Below are positions 1 to 11,520 of a stretch of 50,734 nucleotides of DNA, piece after piece. Below the pieces are notes generated by a model that had not been told where the DNA came from, made no database searches, and saw only the letters and a program-made list of their open reading frames with translations. The DNA is from Octopus bimaculoides. Lineage: Eukaryota. Where the stretch lies: the NCBI RefSeq assembly GCF_001194135.2, contig NC_068996.1:14576869-14627602 (forward strand), written 5' to 3'. Numbering within the stretch: the stretch's first letter is position 1; each line of letters starts with the position of its first letter. The translations under genes and the position numbers were made by a program.

Positions 1-88
1 TTTCCTTCCTTCCCCCTCCCAAAAAGAAAAGCTCTACATTGTATTTGTCCCATCTTCGTTGAGCCCTGTGTGGCTAATAAAGGAAACG
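1..88 (+). mobile_element. 3' tail of a family-B-like SINE
   Basis: TTTGTCCCATCTTCGTTGAGCCCTGTGTGGCTAATAAAGGAAA resembles the tail of the SINE at 27854-28056 (TTTGTCCCATCTATGTTTAGCCCCTTGCGGACAATAAAGAA). Confidence 0.5.
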
Positions 89-119
<31 letters not shown>

Positions 120-206
120 ACATACATACATACATACATGCATACGCACATACATACATACATGCATACATACATACATACATACATATATACATATATG
201 CATACA
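89..206. repeat. (TATC)n + (CATA)n microsatellite
   Basis: Directly visible tandem tetranucleotides. Confidence 0.95.
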
Positions 207-540
207 TATGTAAAACACAGCCTAAATACCAATCTAGGCTTCTCAAAACCAGAAAGGAGAGAGCTACTTCGAAGGCTACAGATCCAATCCATCACTGGAA
301 CTGTTAAAATCTGTAAAACTTTCCAGAAGTTTATCATTTAAATATATATGAGCATGTCTAGCTATGCAACTATATGCATGAGAATACAGACATAAAATAT
401 ACAAGTCTGCACATAAATACATACATATAAACATACAAAAATATCCTGATTTTTGAAGTTCCAATGAAGGGGCCTTGGATCTAGTTTAGAAACCGGCTCT
501 TTATTGGCAAGAAATCTTGAAATAAAACTGAACAATGACA
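207..540 (+). mobile_element. 3' end (ORF C-terminus plus probable 3'UTR) of an RLE-type R4/Dong-like LINE
   Basis: Encodes YVKHSLNTNLGFSKPERRELLRRLQIQSITGTVKICKTFQKF*. Nucleotide match to the C-terminus of the LINE at 15635-15770 (minus strand). Confidence 0.85.
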
Positions 541-604
541 TGTATGCATACATACATACATGCATACATACATGCATACATACACACATACATACATACA
601 TACA

Positions 605-636
<32 letters not shown>

Positions 637-640
637 CAGA
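541..640. repeat. (CATA)n microsatellite
   Basis: Directly visible. Confidence 0.95.
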
Positions 641-646
641 TGTATA

Positions 647-770
647 TAGGAGGGGCTGCTGAAAATTTCCGAAATTGGGTAAAAGAAAATAGAGGAGCAT
701 CAGTTAATTATGATTTTATTCAACATATTCCCCACGCAGATTCACATACTTGTTGCAGCGTTGTAAGGGC
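647..770 (-). mobile_element. mariner right end (TIR + transposase C-terminus)
   Basis: Minus-strand RCNKYVNLRGEYVE* is typical of a mariner C-terminus. Inverted homology to 3200-3339. Confidence 0.75.
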
Positions 771-1102
771 GCTGTCATGGTATATAAGCCTGAGGAATCT
801 TTAGATCCACGAAGGCCCTTTTCTCTTTCAGGTGGGAAAGGAAGATTGATAGAGAGAAAAGAAAAAGAAGGAAGAAGAAAAATGAAGTAGTGGACTAAGT
901 AGTGTTTACCGTCCCTGATGAAAAGTTGAAAGTCGAAGTTGGCCTCCACTGGATTTGAACACACACCACGGAAACCCAAAACGAATGCTGCAAAAGAACT
1001 CGACACCCAGACGATTTAGCAGACGATATCTGCCTAGATACATACACAGGCACACAAACACAGACACATACACATGTACACATACTATTGTCTTGAATAC
1101 AC

Positions 1103-1103
<1 letters not shown>

Positions 1104-1166
<63 letters not shown>

Positions 1167-1197
1167 CAGCAGCAGCAGCAGCAGCAGTAGTAGCTGA
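1104..1197. repeat. (AGT)n/(AGC)n microsatellite
   Basis: Directly visible. Confidence 0.95.
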
Positions 1198-1649
1198 TGC
1201 TATTCTTGTTTTTGTCTAACCGAAGTCGCGGCTAATTGAGCATCCTTAGAATCAAAATAATTTTGCTATGACCATTCCGAATTTTTATTTATTTATATTT
1301 TAAACATGCTATAGTGGATATTGAGGGAGATTTGGGTACTATTTCTAAGAGATTGTGTGGCTATATTTAGGTTCCTCTGTTGAGTTGGACTTGAGGTATA
1401 ATTAAGTAATCTTGTTATTGATGAAGCAGTTTAGATTGTCATGTCTTTAACGAAGAATTATTTCAAGATGTCTCTTAACAGAAACAACAAAAGTACGGCA
1501 TGGAAATGCCAATGTAGACTGTAGATGAAATTGGGGTATGGTAGTTAAAAATAAATGAAAGAAAATTTTACGATAGCTGTGTTTAGAAATGAAGCAAAAA
1601 AATCATTTATGTATTTAAGATGGAGGCATAACATGATAATTATCATATA

Positions 1650-1800
1650 TAGAATGTCGGAAAAGTATTTAGTGGCATCTTTTCCAGCTCTTTACGTTTT
1701 GAGTTCAAATTCCGCCGAAGTCTACTTTGGGATCGATGTAACTGATTTCTCGCCACTCAAACTTGCTGGCTCTTTTGCCAGAATTATCAAGAAGTATAAA
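1650..1800 (+). mobile_element. Degenerate family-B SINE
   Basis: TTTACGTTTTGAGTTCAAATTCCGCCGAAGTC B-box region shared with 27890-27925. Confidence 0.55.
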
Positions 1801-2232
1801 GAATGAGTTAAATTGAATGCTTGCCAAATTTGTTCCGGCTCTTTACGTTCCGTGTTCAGTTTCCAGTTAGGCCTAGCTGAGTGGTAGATTTAATGTGCCA
1901 CCCTGTCTAACACCACCACCAGGCATTCGGGCCATGTCATCCCTCTGAGGATACCTTCCTTTCTCGGATGCCTCGAAAAGTGTCATGTGTGCTGCCTTTC
2001 CTCCTGAATAATAATAATAAACATAAAATAAAACACAACAATAACACAAATAACAAGCTCTTTCCTCACCGAAATTATAGCCACGCCCAGGATTTACTAC
2101 CAAGATGATTCCTACTAAATTTGTAGAGACATTCCATCCACTATAAGCCTACAAAGTCGGCTATGTAAGTAGCACTCCTACAAATAAAGCATTCACTTGT
2201 GTTCTTCGTTTTAAATATTCGAAATGTACACT

Positions 2233-2289
<57 letters not shown>

Positions 2290-3129
2290 CACATGTCACA
2301 CATGTATGCATGTATAAATCGAATGTGGATGAACAGAAGAGTTGTTAAAAATACTGAAATTTTGGCCGGAGAAACATTTAATCGTTGTACTTGGGTTTCT
2401 CTAAAAATAGATGACATTCAGATTGCTCGGGTATAGCAGCAGCATCTCGTCATTTTGTGTATCAGAGTCGATTCTGTCGTAAGTATTTTTTTGTTAAGTC
2501 ACCGCCTTGAAGAGAACTTACTCTTTCTACTACCAGTGTTCCATAATCTGAACAACATCATAGACGCTACCCTTCTTCATCTGATTGAGTCATAAAATGA
2601 TAGTAGAAGGCTCGGCTGCAAATTAAGAGAAGACAGAATTTGCAGCGTGCACAAAGATATGAGATTCTTTTGTTTTCTTTTGATGATTATCTTATGAGTT
2701 TTGCAATAATAGGGAAATGTTTACAAGTTGATGATAGTGAGTCACATCCGTTGGTGCTGCAATAAGCATTTGTTGCGCGTGCATTTGCTGTGCATCTCTT
2801 GTTGAATCACTTAGGGATTTGGTGGGTTTGTAATAAGTTAAGAAGTTAAATGAAACAGAGACGTCAGCATTGGCAAACATTTTTTTTTCACCTAAAAATG
2901 TATAAGTCAAGTAGAGATGTGTACTTCGAAGTCATGGAAGATAGTGAGTAGAGATTGAAGATGGCTGGGTCACCTATCCTCAGTGCAGGAACATAATAAG
3001 AGGAATGGCTGTTAGAAAATGATAGAAAAGATCCAAGAAGAATATTAGGATAACCAAGAGAAGATTAATTGACAACATTCTGATAAGAGTCGTTAGGTCT
3101 TGGAGCAATGGATTCTATGTACTCGGAGG

Positions 3130-3339
3130 TGCTGAAGAGATCCTGCCTTTAAGGGTGTCATGAAAGGCCTGGTTGGAGGCTCAACATTCAGAGTTCTTTT
3201 AAAAGGCTTAGAAAAACTGAAGGACCACTGCATTAAGTGTGTGAATATGAGAGAGGAAAATGTTGGATAAAAACATAATTGACTGATCTTCCTGTATATT
3301 CTTTTACTCAAAGCCAGGTGCTTTCAGCACCCCCTCGTA
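3130..3339 (+). mobile_element. mariner right end (transposase C-terminus + TIR ending ...CCCCCTCGTA)
   Basis: Encodes roughly AWLEAQHSEFF*KGLEKLKDHCIKCVNMREENVG* (with a frameshift). Ends in TA. Confidence 0.8.
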
Positions 3340-3630
3340 GATGTAGACATGACGATTTGAACTCTAATAAAGCACAATGTGTGCACATATTATACATCTA
3401 TATCTATAATTCTCTCTCTCTCCCTCCTCTCAAACCATGTACCTCTATATCTCTATCTTTCTATGTGAAAAGGAATGCAGAACAAGCTCGATTATTCTCA
3501 CCTGACTTTTACAAGTTCGTCAGCAGTATTTATTTCATTTGATCTACGGAGAAACAGAAGATCGTGAGAGTAGCATACATTTACTGATTATGAATGCCAT
3601 GTACAAGCGGCACTTTTTTTTTTTATTTGC

Positions 3631-3725
3631 CGGCTATTGATAACTAAAAGTGATGTAAAACCGGAAACGGAGGCTCTAATCTCTGCTGCCCAAGAGCAAG
3701 CATTAAGAACCAATTACAAATTAAA
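3631..3725 (+). mobile_element. Isolated R4/Dong-like LINE fragment (post-RT region)
   Basis: KSDVKPETEALISAAQEQALRTNY matches the ETEELICAAQELVLRTKY motif seen at 38150-38230. Confidence 0.75.
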
Positions 3726-4034
3726 CAATCAGTAAGGGATAAAAGTAACGAAGTTGCAGCTAAAGAAGTTACTACGGAGGAAATGATTATAAACCAGCCG
3801 AAGGCTGATGAAAATGCAACAATGTTTGTAGGAGTTAATGTAAGTGATAAACAAAGTGAAATACTCTCTGAACAACCATAAACACTAAGGCAGATGAAAA
3901 TCAAATAGGTGAAAAAAAAGTCACCCAAACATTGACCCAACAGAACTACATGATCTATAAAGTCAAATCATGATTATTCAGGGGCCTTTGAGGGGGATGG
4001 GCTACACGTCCTCAAAAAAATTCTAACGCAAGGT

Positions 4035-4207
4035 CATGCGCTGTTAATCTTGATATGAAATCATGTCGCGCACATATGGTTCTGATGTATATGCCTAGTG
4101 TACCCTTATCTGATGGGTAGTCATGACGGGTATACTGAGCTTCATATATTTTACCCCAGTATCACTTTGATGGCATGCACTGCTTTCTCACCCAATAATA
4201 ATAATAA
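4035..4207 (+). mobile_element. Family-E SINE-like repeat with (AAT)n tail
   Basis: Clear inverted homology to 47945-48145 (GGTCATG...GTACCCTTATC.GA.GGGTAGTCATGA...TACCCCAGT.TCA.TTTGAT...CAATAATAAT). Confidence 0.75.
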
Positions 4208-5545
4208 AGAACTTGCTAGAGGAGCAAATGTTAGGATGAAATAAGCTAAAAATATCAAACAAAAATATAAAATCAAAGATGTTAAAAATCTCCCTGCAAC
4301 CAAGGAAATAGTGTAACAACGAATACAACAGAATGCCTAGCGGCTTAGAAGGTATGATAAAAAAAAATCAAATTCTATCGACAAAACAAGGTATTGAAGA
4401 TGGATGCAAAGGAATTTTGTAGGTAAATTGGCAAAAGCAAGATAGAAGTAAAGGAGCCACCTAAGACTGAGGAAATGGAAGAGTTCTGAAAGAAGATATG
4501 GAGTAACAAAAAAGAATATAAAGTTTAAGCTCAGTGGATAGAACATGAGAAAGTGAGACTGGATGAAATTGAAGAACAGAAATGGGAAGCAATAGGAATA
4601 GAAGAGATAAGATATGTGTTCTTAGGAAGTCCTACAAATGGAAACACCCAGGACTGGATCACATCCCTAACTTCTGGCTGAATTGTTTGACAGATATAAA
4701 CCAACATTTTGCTGCATCTCTAACTGATCTCATCCAGAACCCAGAACAACATACCTTCTACCAAAGACTGAAGATACGAAAAGTCCGAAGAACTATCGAC
4801 CGATAACATGTCTCAGCACCACCTACAAGATCCTCACATCGATACTAATTGAAAGAATATAAATTTCTTTGAACAGGACTCTATCTTTCCACAGGCTCAA
4901 AAAGGTTGTAAAAGCAATTCTTATGGATACAAAGATAAATTACTTATAAATAAAATGATTGTAGAAAATTGCCGCAGCAAAAACTAAAACCTAAGTATGG
5001 CATGGATAGACTACAGGAAAGCGTTTGATAGTGTCCCACATAATTGGCTACTCAAGGCCCTTGAGATGTATAAGATCTCTCCTGTCGTCTCCAAATTCTT
5101 AAATGGTAGCATGGCCAAGTGGAATACATGTCTCCTTCTAAACCGTAGTAATGAGATAAGCCTATCTAGCAACACCAGTATCAAACGAGGCATCTTTCAA
5201 GATGGCTCCCTCTCCCCATTACTCTTTTGCATGGCAACTGATCCCACTTTCAAACGAACTGAGCAACACCAGGTACGGGTTGAAAATGTATAATATTATA
5301 GTATACCATCTGCTTTATATGGACGATCATCAGCTGTTTGCTAGGAATGACGAAGAGCTAGTAGGGCTGTTAACAACTGTTAAAGAGTTCAGCAATGACA
5401 TCGGGATGGATTTTGGACTTTATGAAGTGTACGGAAGCAACTTTTGTAAGAGGCAAGCTCAAACAAACAGCTTCCATTGAATTAGATACCGACACTACCA
5501 TCAAGAAGCTTGGCCCACGAGGAAGCTATAAATTCCTTTCTTCTG
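4208..5545 (+). pseudogene. Decayed reverse-transcriptase region of an R4/Dong-like LINE
   Basis: Motifs across frameshifts: KWKHPGLDHIPNFWL, YRPITCLSTTYKILTS, AQKGCKSNSYG, MAWIDYRKAFDSVPH, KRGIFQDGSLSPLLF, HLLYMDD, FSNDIGMDFGL-KC. Confidence 0.92.
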
Positions 5546-5758
5546 CTATCTTTTGTGAAAAACCAAAGACTGGTGACGTCATTTTACTTGGGAAAAAACG
5601 CAGTTATTCCGGTTTAATTTTGAATGTTTCAGCATTTCCTATCTTTGAATTTAATTTCATTTTATATTTTGAACGTGTAAAAAGACACTCGGAACGTCGA
5701 AATATTGTTCAACCAATAAAATATCTATTGCAATCGCATTGCACTCTTCGTCTTGTCT

Positions 5759-5973
5759 AATAATAATAATCCTTTCTACTATAGGCACAAGGCCTGACAT
5801 TTTGGGGGAGGGGACCAGTCGATTAAATCGACCCCAGTGCGTAACTGGTACTTAGTTTATCAACCTCGAAAGGATGAAAGGCAGTCTACTCCGGCGGCAT
5901 TTGAACATGATCACAGACGAAATACTGCTAAGTAGTTCGCCTGGCGTGCTGACGATTCTGCTACCCACCGCCT
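5759..5973 (-). mobile_element. Family-B SINE (tRNA-like head, Deu/Nin-domain-like core), tail ...CTATAGTAGAAAGGATTATTA
   Basis: Minus strand GGCGGTGGGTAGCAGAATCGTCAGCACGCC...GCCTTTCATCCTTTCGAGGTTGATAAACTAAGTACCAGT...CTGGGGTCGAT. Same tail at 48680-48709. Confidence 0.85.
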
Positions 5974-6186
5974 TAAATAATAATTTGTATCTATACGGGA
6001 TATTCTGAAAACAATTCTTTTCCCTACACTTCTGCATGTAGTGAGTCCCATTATTACGTCTTGTTTTTCCTTCTAGACATTTTAAAATACACGTACACAC
6101 ATATACATGCACACACACACACACACACACACTCACACACAGACAACCACACACATATATACGCACACATACACATACACTCATAC

Positions 6187-6238
<52 letters not shown>

Positions 6239-8445
6239 GTAAAGATGTGTGTACATATGTGTACGTTTGTCTGTGTTTAATTTTAAAGCAAGAGACGTAT
6301 CAGAGAACGTAACTTAGCCGATCAATAAACAAAGATCAATAAAAAATAATTGCCAGACTAAAACTGTAAATGTAGTGTAATTGAATTTATGCAGGCAGCA
6401 CTTCAGCATAGTTGCAGTCCAGTGACGAAAATCAAAAGGAATAAATTATATATACATATATATAATTTATACGTATTATATATATGTATACAATTTATAC
6501 TTCTATATCATATATATATATATGTGTGAGTGTGTGTGCGTGTGTGTGTGCGTGTGTGTGTGTGTATGTGTGTGTGTATGCATGAATAGGTGAATGTACA
6601 TGTGTGTCCATTCTATGCCGTAAATTCTCCATTTTATCGGAAGAATGTTATAATTCGAAGCTCTCCTACTTATTTGAAATTATTTGAGAATTTAAACATC
6701 GTATTTTGGGTTTTGTAACACACATTAACGAAACTTTTCTGCTTCGTTTAAGTAATTATTATTTTTTTCTATCTAATACCTTGTATATGAATAATCTTAT
6801 TATTTCCAATCTTTACGAAACTAAAAATTAAATCCGGTCTATACTTGAATAAAGTTATTTTTTGGTCGCCATTTTCTTTTCTTTTTCAAAATCCCAGAAC
6901 ACCGACTTAATGACATGGCTCGGAACCAATTTCCTGTTAAATTTGTTGCATCAAGCTCATTTCATGTTAATTTCTTTGAGCTTCTTACAAAACCAAAATT
7001 TCTCTCTTCCCCTATTTTTCACAGTTACAAAAATTACCATCCCGCTATCTTTTTCATTAGACCTAATTTATTTATCTTTCGACACCAATCAGCATGCCGT
7101 CCCTGCTTCTTTGTTGGAAGCTTTCTACTCGAAACCTAAGTTAACTTGTTTCTCAGAAGATTACATTTCTTCCATTTTTGAACATATTTTTAAATGAAAG
7201 ATAGTATCTAATCTATTACTGGTAAATATTTTATCGACCCCCACCCAGAGTATTTCAAATAAAAAAAATTGAAAATATATACAGTAAATTATTTAGCTTA
7301 TCACTGTGAACTAGTTACTATACTGTTGTTAAATGACTACCCTTATTTTGTGTATTTAAAAAAAAATTCTAATTATAATCATTTCTGCGTTGTTTGCATT
7401 TTTTAATATTCAGAATTATTCAATAAACATTCCCCCTTCCTAATTTTCAGAAGCACTTGAAAAGAAAATCAACATCTTTTTTTCTTTTTACAAATAAATT
7501 TTAATCAACTTCCGTAGGGCGGAAATTTCATTAAAGTCCCCTTTTAAAATATTTCTCAAAAATAGCGTATCCCATTTCGAAATAAATATGAAAGTTATTA
7601 AATATTATGAAGCAGAAAAAAGAAATACGCAAGAAATCATTCTTCAAAATAACGCAAAAACTGAATTATTGAGAAGAAAGAATTTGGTTTACCTCAAAAA
7701 CATCCTTGATGTTAATTATTGAAAATTCATTAAAACCCTTTGTTCAAAATGATATGAAATTCACTTTAGTTTTCTCATTTTTTATTTTTATAAAATATTT
7801 TATTTGTGATTTTGATTTAAAATCACTTTAGTATCATATTGATTGTATATTCAAATTTCAAAAGTATCTTAAGACTAAATTTGAAACCATAGCAATTAGA
7901 ATGTTTTAAAGAAAAGAAAGTATCGGAGATAAATGCATTAAAGAAAATGTTTACCGTCATTTTTTTCTGTATCATTTTCGTCCGTGTTTTAGATTCTGAA
8001 GATGAAATAGAACTACAAAATATTAACGTTTATATTCTTCGATAATGTCAATTTTTATTAATCAGACAGGAAACCTGGACTGGGGGCTAAACTTTTTATT
8101 CACTGAAATCTTAGCTGGATATTTCTCAACTATGAGACCACACTGTAATTTACCACATAGTAATTTATCCAGCACCGTAAAAAGTACAGGGTAAGTTATG
8201 TTATGTCTTATTATAGTTAGTCAATCACGAACTGCATTGATTTACCAGTGAACATTACAAAGATGCTGTTCATGAATACAGGTACACAGCTAAAATAATT
8301 GAACAAGCATCTTGTATAGTACATAACACTCCATATATAATTTCATTATTTCAGACATGAACAGCATTTATCAAACAGTGGACCTTATAACAAAAGCCTT
8401 ATACATAAGGCCATTGGTACTTCTCAAATTCGTTAGACTGCGTAT

Positions 8446-8499
8446 TTCAACTGAAGAGACACAAAGTGTCGAAACAGTGGTGTCCCACAGTCCCTTGAA
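8446..8499 (+). ncRNA. Type I hammerhead ribozyme-like motif (imperfect)
   Basis: TTCAA-CTGAAGA-GACAC/AAA/GTGTC-GAAA-CAGTGG/TGTC/CCACAG-TC-(CC)-TTGAA. All core nucleotides present, one mismatch in stem III, 2 extra nt before stem I. Confidence 0.55.
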
Positions 8500-9206
8500 T
8501 TAATCCAGTATGTTATGAGTACATAGTCGTAAAGGCGATGTTGTTCACTAGTGACCGAACACAACGGCGATTAGCGTATTCAAGTTCAAATCTGCCGGGG
8601 CGTATTAAGAACAAATATGCAAGTCATCGTTTCGATTCTCCCTGTTCGCCTGAAACATGACAATTTATTATAAAAGTATTATTCACCATAAAGAATAACC
8701 ACTCCAAAGCAAATGAATAAAAAAAATCTAAAATAACTAAAGATTTCAAGATTTAATATTAAGATACATTATTATGATGTATAAAAATGTTGCCTATTCA
8801 GTGATTTGTCGTTGATCAGAAGGAAAAGCATAAACTAAAGAAACAGAATATTTTAAATCAACAGAAACAGATCTAAAAATTGTTATAAAATATTAAACTT
8901 TTAAGAAAGCTCACATGCGGTCCGAGTACAGTCTGTTGTCGACACTGGTACTACACCAACATTTCTAGGTTAGTCAACAACCAATTAAATTGGCGTCTGC
9001 ATTCTGTATTGGTAATTATAACAACGAGTCCAATGGAATAAAATGCAACTGAAACCCCAGTGAGATTTGAAAGCAAAAACGGGAAGCGTTTAATTAAATT
9101 TGTGTATCGTTATTTTGCTTGATAATAATATCGATTAAAGAGCAAACCTCCACTCATTCCTTACCCATACCTCTGCCAAAATTCAAAACCTCTAAATGTC
9201 TAAACA

Positions 9207-9466
9207 TCCATCCATCCATCCATCCATCCATCCATCCATCCATCCATCCATCCATCTATACATACATACACATACATACATACACACACATACATACATA
9301 CATACATACACACACACATACATACATACATACATACATGCATACACACACATACATACATACATACATACACACACACATGCATACATACATACATACT
9401 TACACACGCACATACATACATACATACATACATACATACATACACCTACATACATACATACATGCA

Positions 9467-9500
<34 letters not shown>

Positions 9501-9508
9501 CATACATA
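9207..9508. repeat. (CATC)n + (CATA)n microsatellite running into an N-gap
   Basis: Directly visible. Confidence 0.95.
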
Positions 9509-10302
9509 NNNNNNNNNNNNNNNNNNNNNNNNNNNNNNNNNNNNNNNNNNNNNNNNNNNNNNNNNNNNNNNNNNNNNNNNNNNNNNNNNNNNNNNNNNNN
9601 NNNNNNNNNNNNNNNNNNNNNNNNNNNNNNNNNNNNNNNNNNNNNNNNNNNNNNNNNNNNNNNNNNNNNNNNNNNNNNNNNNNNNNNNNNNNNNNNNNNN
9701 NNNNNNNNNNNNNNNNNNNNNNNNNNNNNNNNNNNNNNNNNNNNNNNNNNNNNNNNNNNNNNNNNNNNNNNNNNNNNNNNNNNNNNNNNNNNNNNNNNNN
9801 NNNNNNNNNNNNNNNNNNNNNNNNNNNNNNNNNNNNNNNNNNNNNNNNNNNNNNNNNNNNNNNNNNNNNNNNNNNNNNNNNNNNNNNNNNNNNNNNNNNN
9901 NNNNNNNNNNNNNNNNNNNNNNNNNNNNNNNNNNNNNNNNNNNNNNNNNNNNNNNNNNNNNNNNNNNNNNNNNNNNNNNNNNNNNNNNNNNNNNNNNNNN
10001 NNNNNNNNNNNNNNNNNNNNNNNNNNNNNNNNNNNNNNNNNNNNNNNNNNNNNNNNNNNNNNNNNNNNNNNNNNNNNNNNNNNNNNNNNNNNNNNNNNNN
10101 NNNNNNNNNNNNNNNNNNNNNNNNNNNNNNNNNNNNNNNNNNNNNNNNNNNNNNNNNNNNNNNNNNNNNNNNNNNNNNNNNNNNNNNNNNNNNNNNNNNN
10201 NNNNNNNNNNNNNNNNNNNNNNNNNNNNNNNNNNNNNNNNNNNNNNNNNNNNNNNNNNNNNNNNNNNNNNNNNNNNNNNNNNNNNNNNNNNNNNNNNNNN
10301 NN

Positions 10303-10621
10303 CAAGTGTCTTCTACTATAGCCTCGGGCCGACCAAAGCCTTGTGAGTGGATTTGGTAGACGGAAACTGAAAGAAGCCCGTTGTATATATGTATATATAT
10401 ATGTATGTGTTTGGGTGTCTGTGTTTGTCCCCCCAACATCGCTTGACAACCGATGCTGGTGTGTTTATGTCCCCGTAACGTAGCGGTTCGGCAAAAGAGA
10501 CCGATAGAATAAGTACTAGGCTTCTAAAGAATAAGTCCTGGGGTTGATTTGCTCGACTAAAGGTGGTGCTCCAGCATGGCCACAGTCAAAAGACTGAAAC
10601 AAGTAAAAGAGTAAAAGAGTA
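10303..10621 (+). mobile_element. Family-A octopus-type tRNA-derived SINE, 5' part lost in the gap
   Basis: High similarity to copies at 12974-13401, 23191-24143, 27825-28415 and 35744-36046. AAAAGAGT tandem tail. Confidence 0.92.
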
Positions 10622-10678
10622 TATATGCACACACATTTATTTGTACACATTACTCCATCCGCACGCCTCACAAGAACA

Positions 10679-10730
<52 letters not shown>

Positions 10731-11475
10731 CTCACACACATACATATATACACTAGCATGTGTATGTATGTATGTATGTATATGTATGTATGTGAGACAA
10801 ACAGAAAAAAAAGGATGATTAAAGATTTGCGCCTTAAATCAAAAGATAAAGAACGCAGCTGAATGAATGGCACTAAGTTAAAATAGTCAATTGCCATGTA
10901 ATTGGGCCCCTGTAGAATTACAGTTGAAGAGTTAGGAAGCAAATACGATGGGAAATTGGTGGTAAGTGAGTGGTTCTATTTTAAGAGGTAACACGTGAAG
11001 AGCTTTAGTAGGAGGTTTCATAGCCTGTCTAGATCATTGTCCCGCTGTGTTTAGGTTAATCACGTGCCAAAAGCGCGGAGGAATTTACAACAGGGCGGCG
11101 TACGTTAGAAACCGTACACGCGAACATTCATGCATGTACATACATTGAGGGGCTGACACGAACGCATTTACATACACATACATACACATAAACTCACACA
11201 GAGAGAGGCACACACAGACACATACCATTTGCGTGACATATTTGTGTGCGTGCGTGTGTGTGCTTGTGTGCGTGCGAGTGCGTGTGTGTGTGAGTGTGAA
11301 TGTGTGTGTGTATTGGGGTTTGTCTCAGCAAACAACAGATGTGTGCGAGTCGTTCACATATATAACTCCCGTTTATTGTTTGCTTTCTCCCTTTATCTGT
11401 GTCTGTGTGTGTCTGTGTGTGTGCGTGTGTGTATTTATACAAAATATATCTGTATGTATATATATTTTTATATAC

Positions 11476-11520
<45 letters not shown>

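Noticed and set aside
915-940. Other CTGANGA...GAAA hits (915, ~14023, ~14773, ~35295)
   Set aside because: No stem II, III or I pairing or no UH triplet; chance matches
6610-7195. Minus-strand frame with protein-like segments (KQGRHADWCRKINKLG, NELDATNLTGNWFRAMSL) that felt like a relic repeat ORF
   Set aside because: 14 stops in ~196 codons is no better than random for this AT content and I recognise no family motif; only a tblastn/blastn search could rescue it
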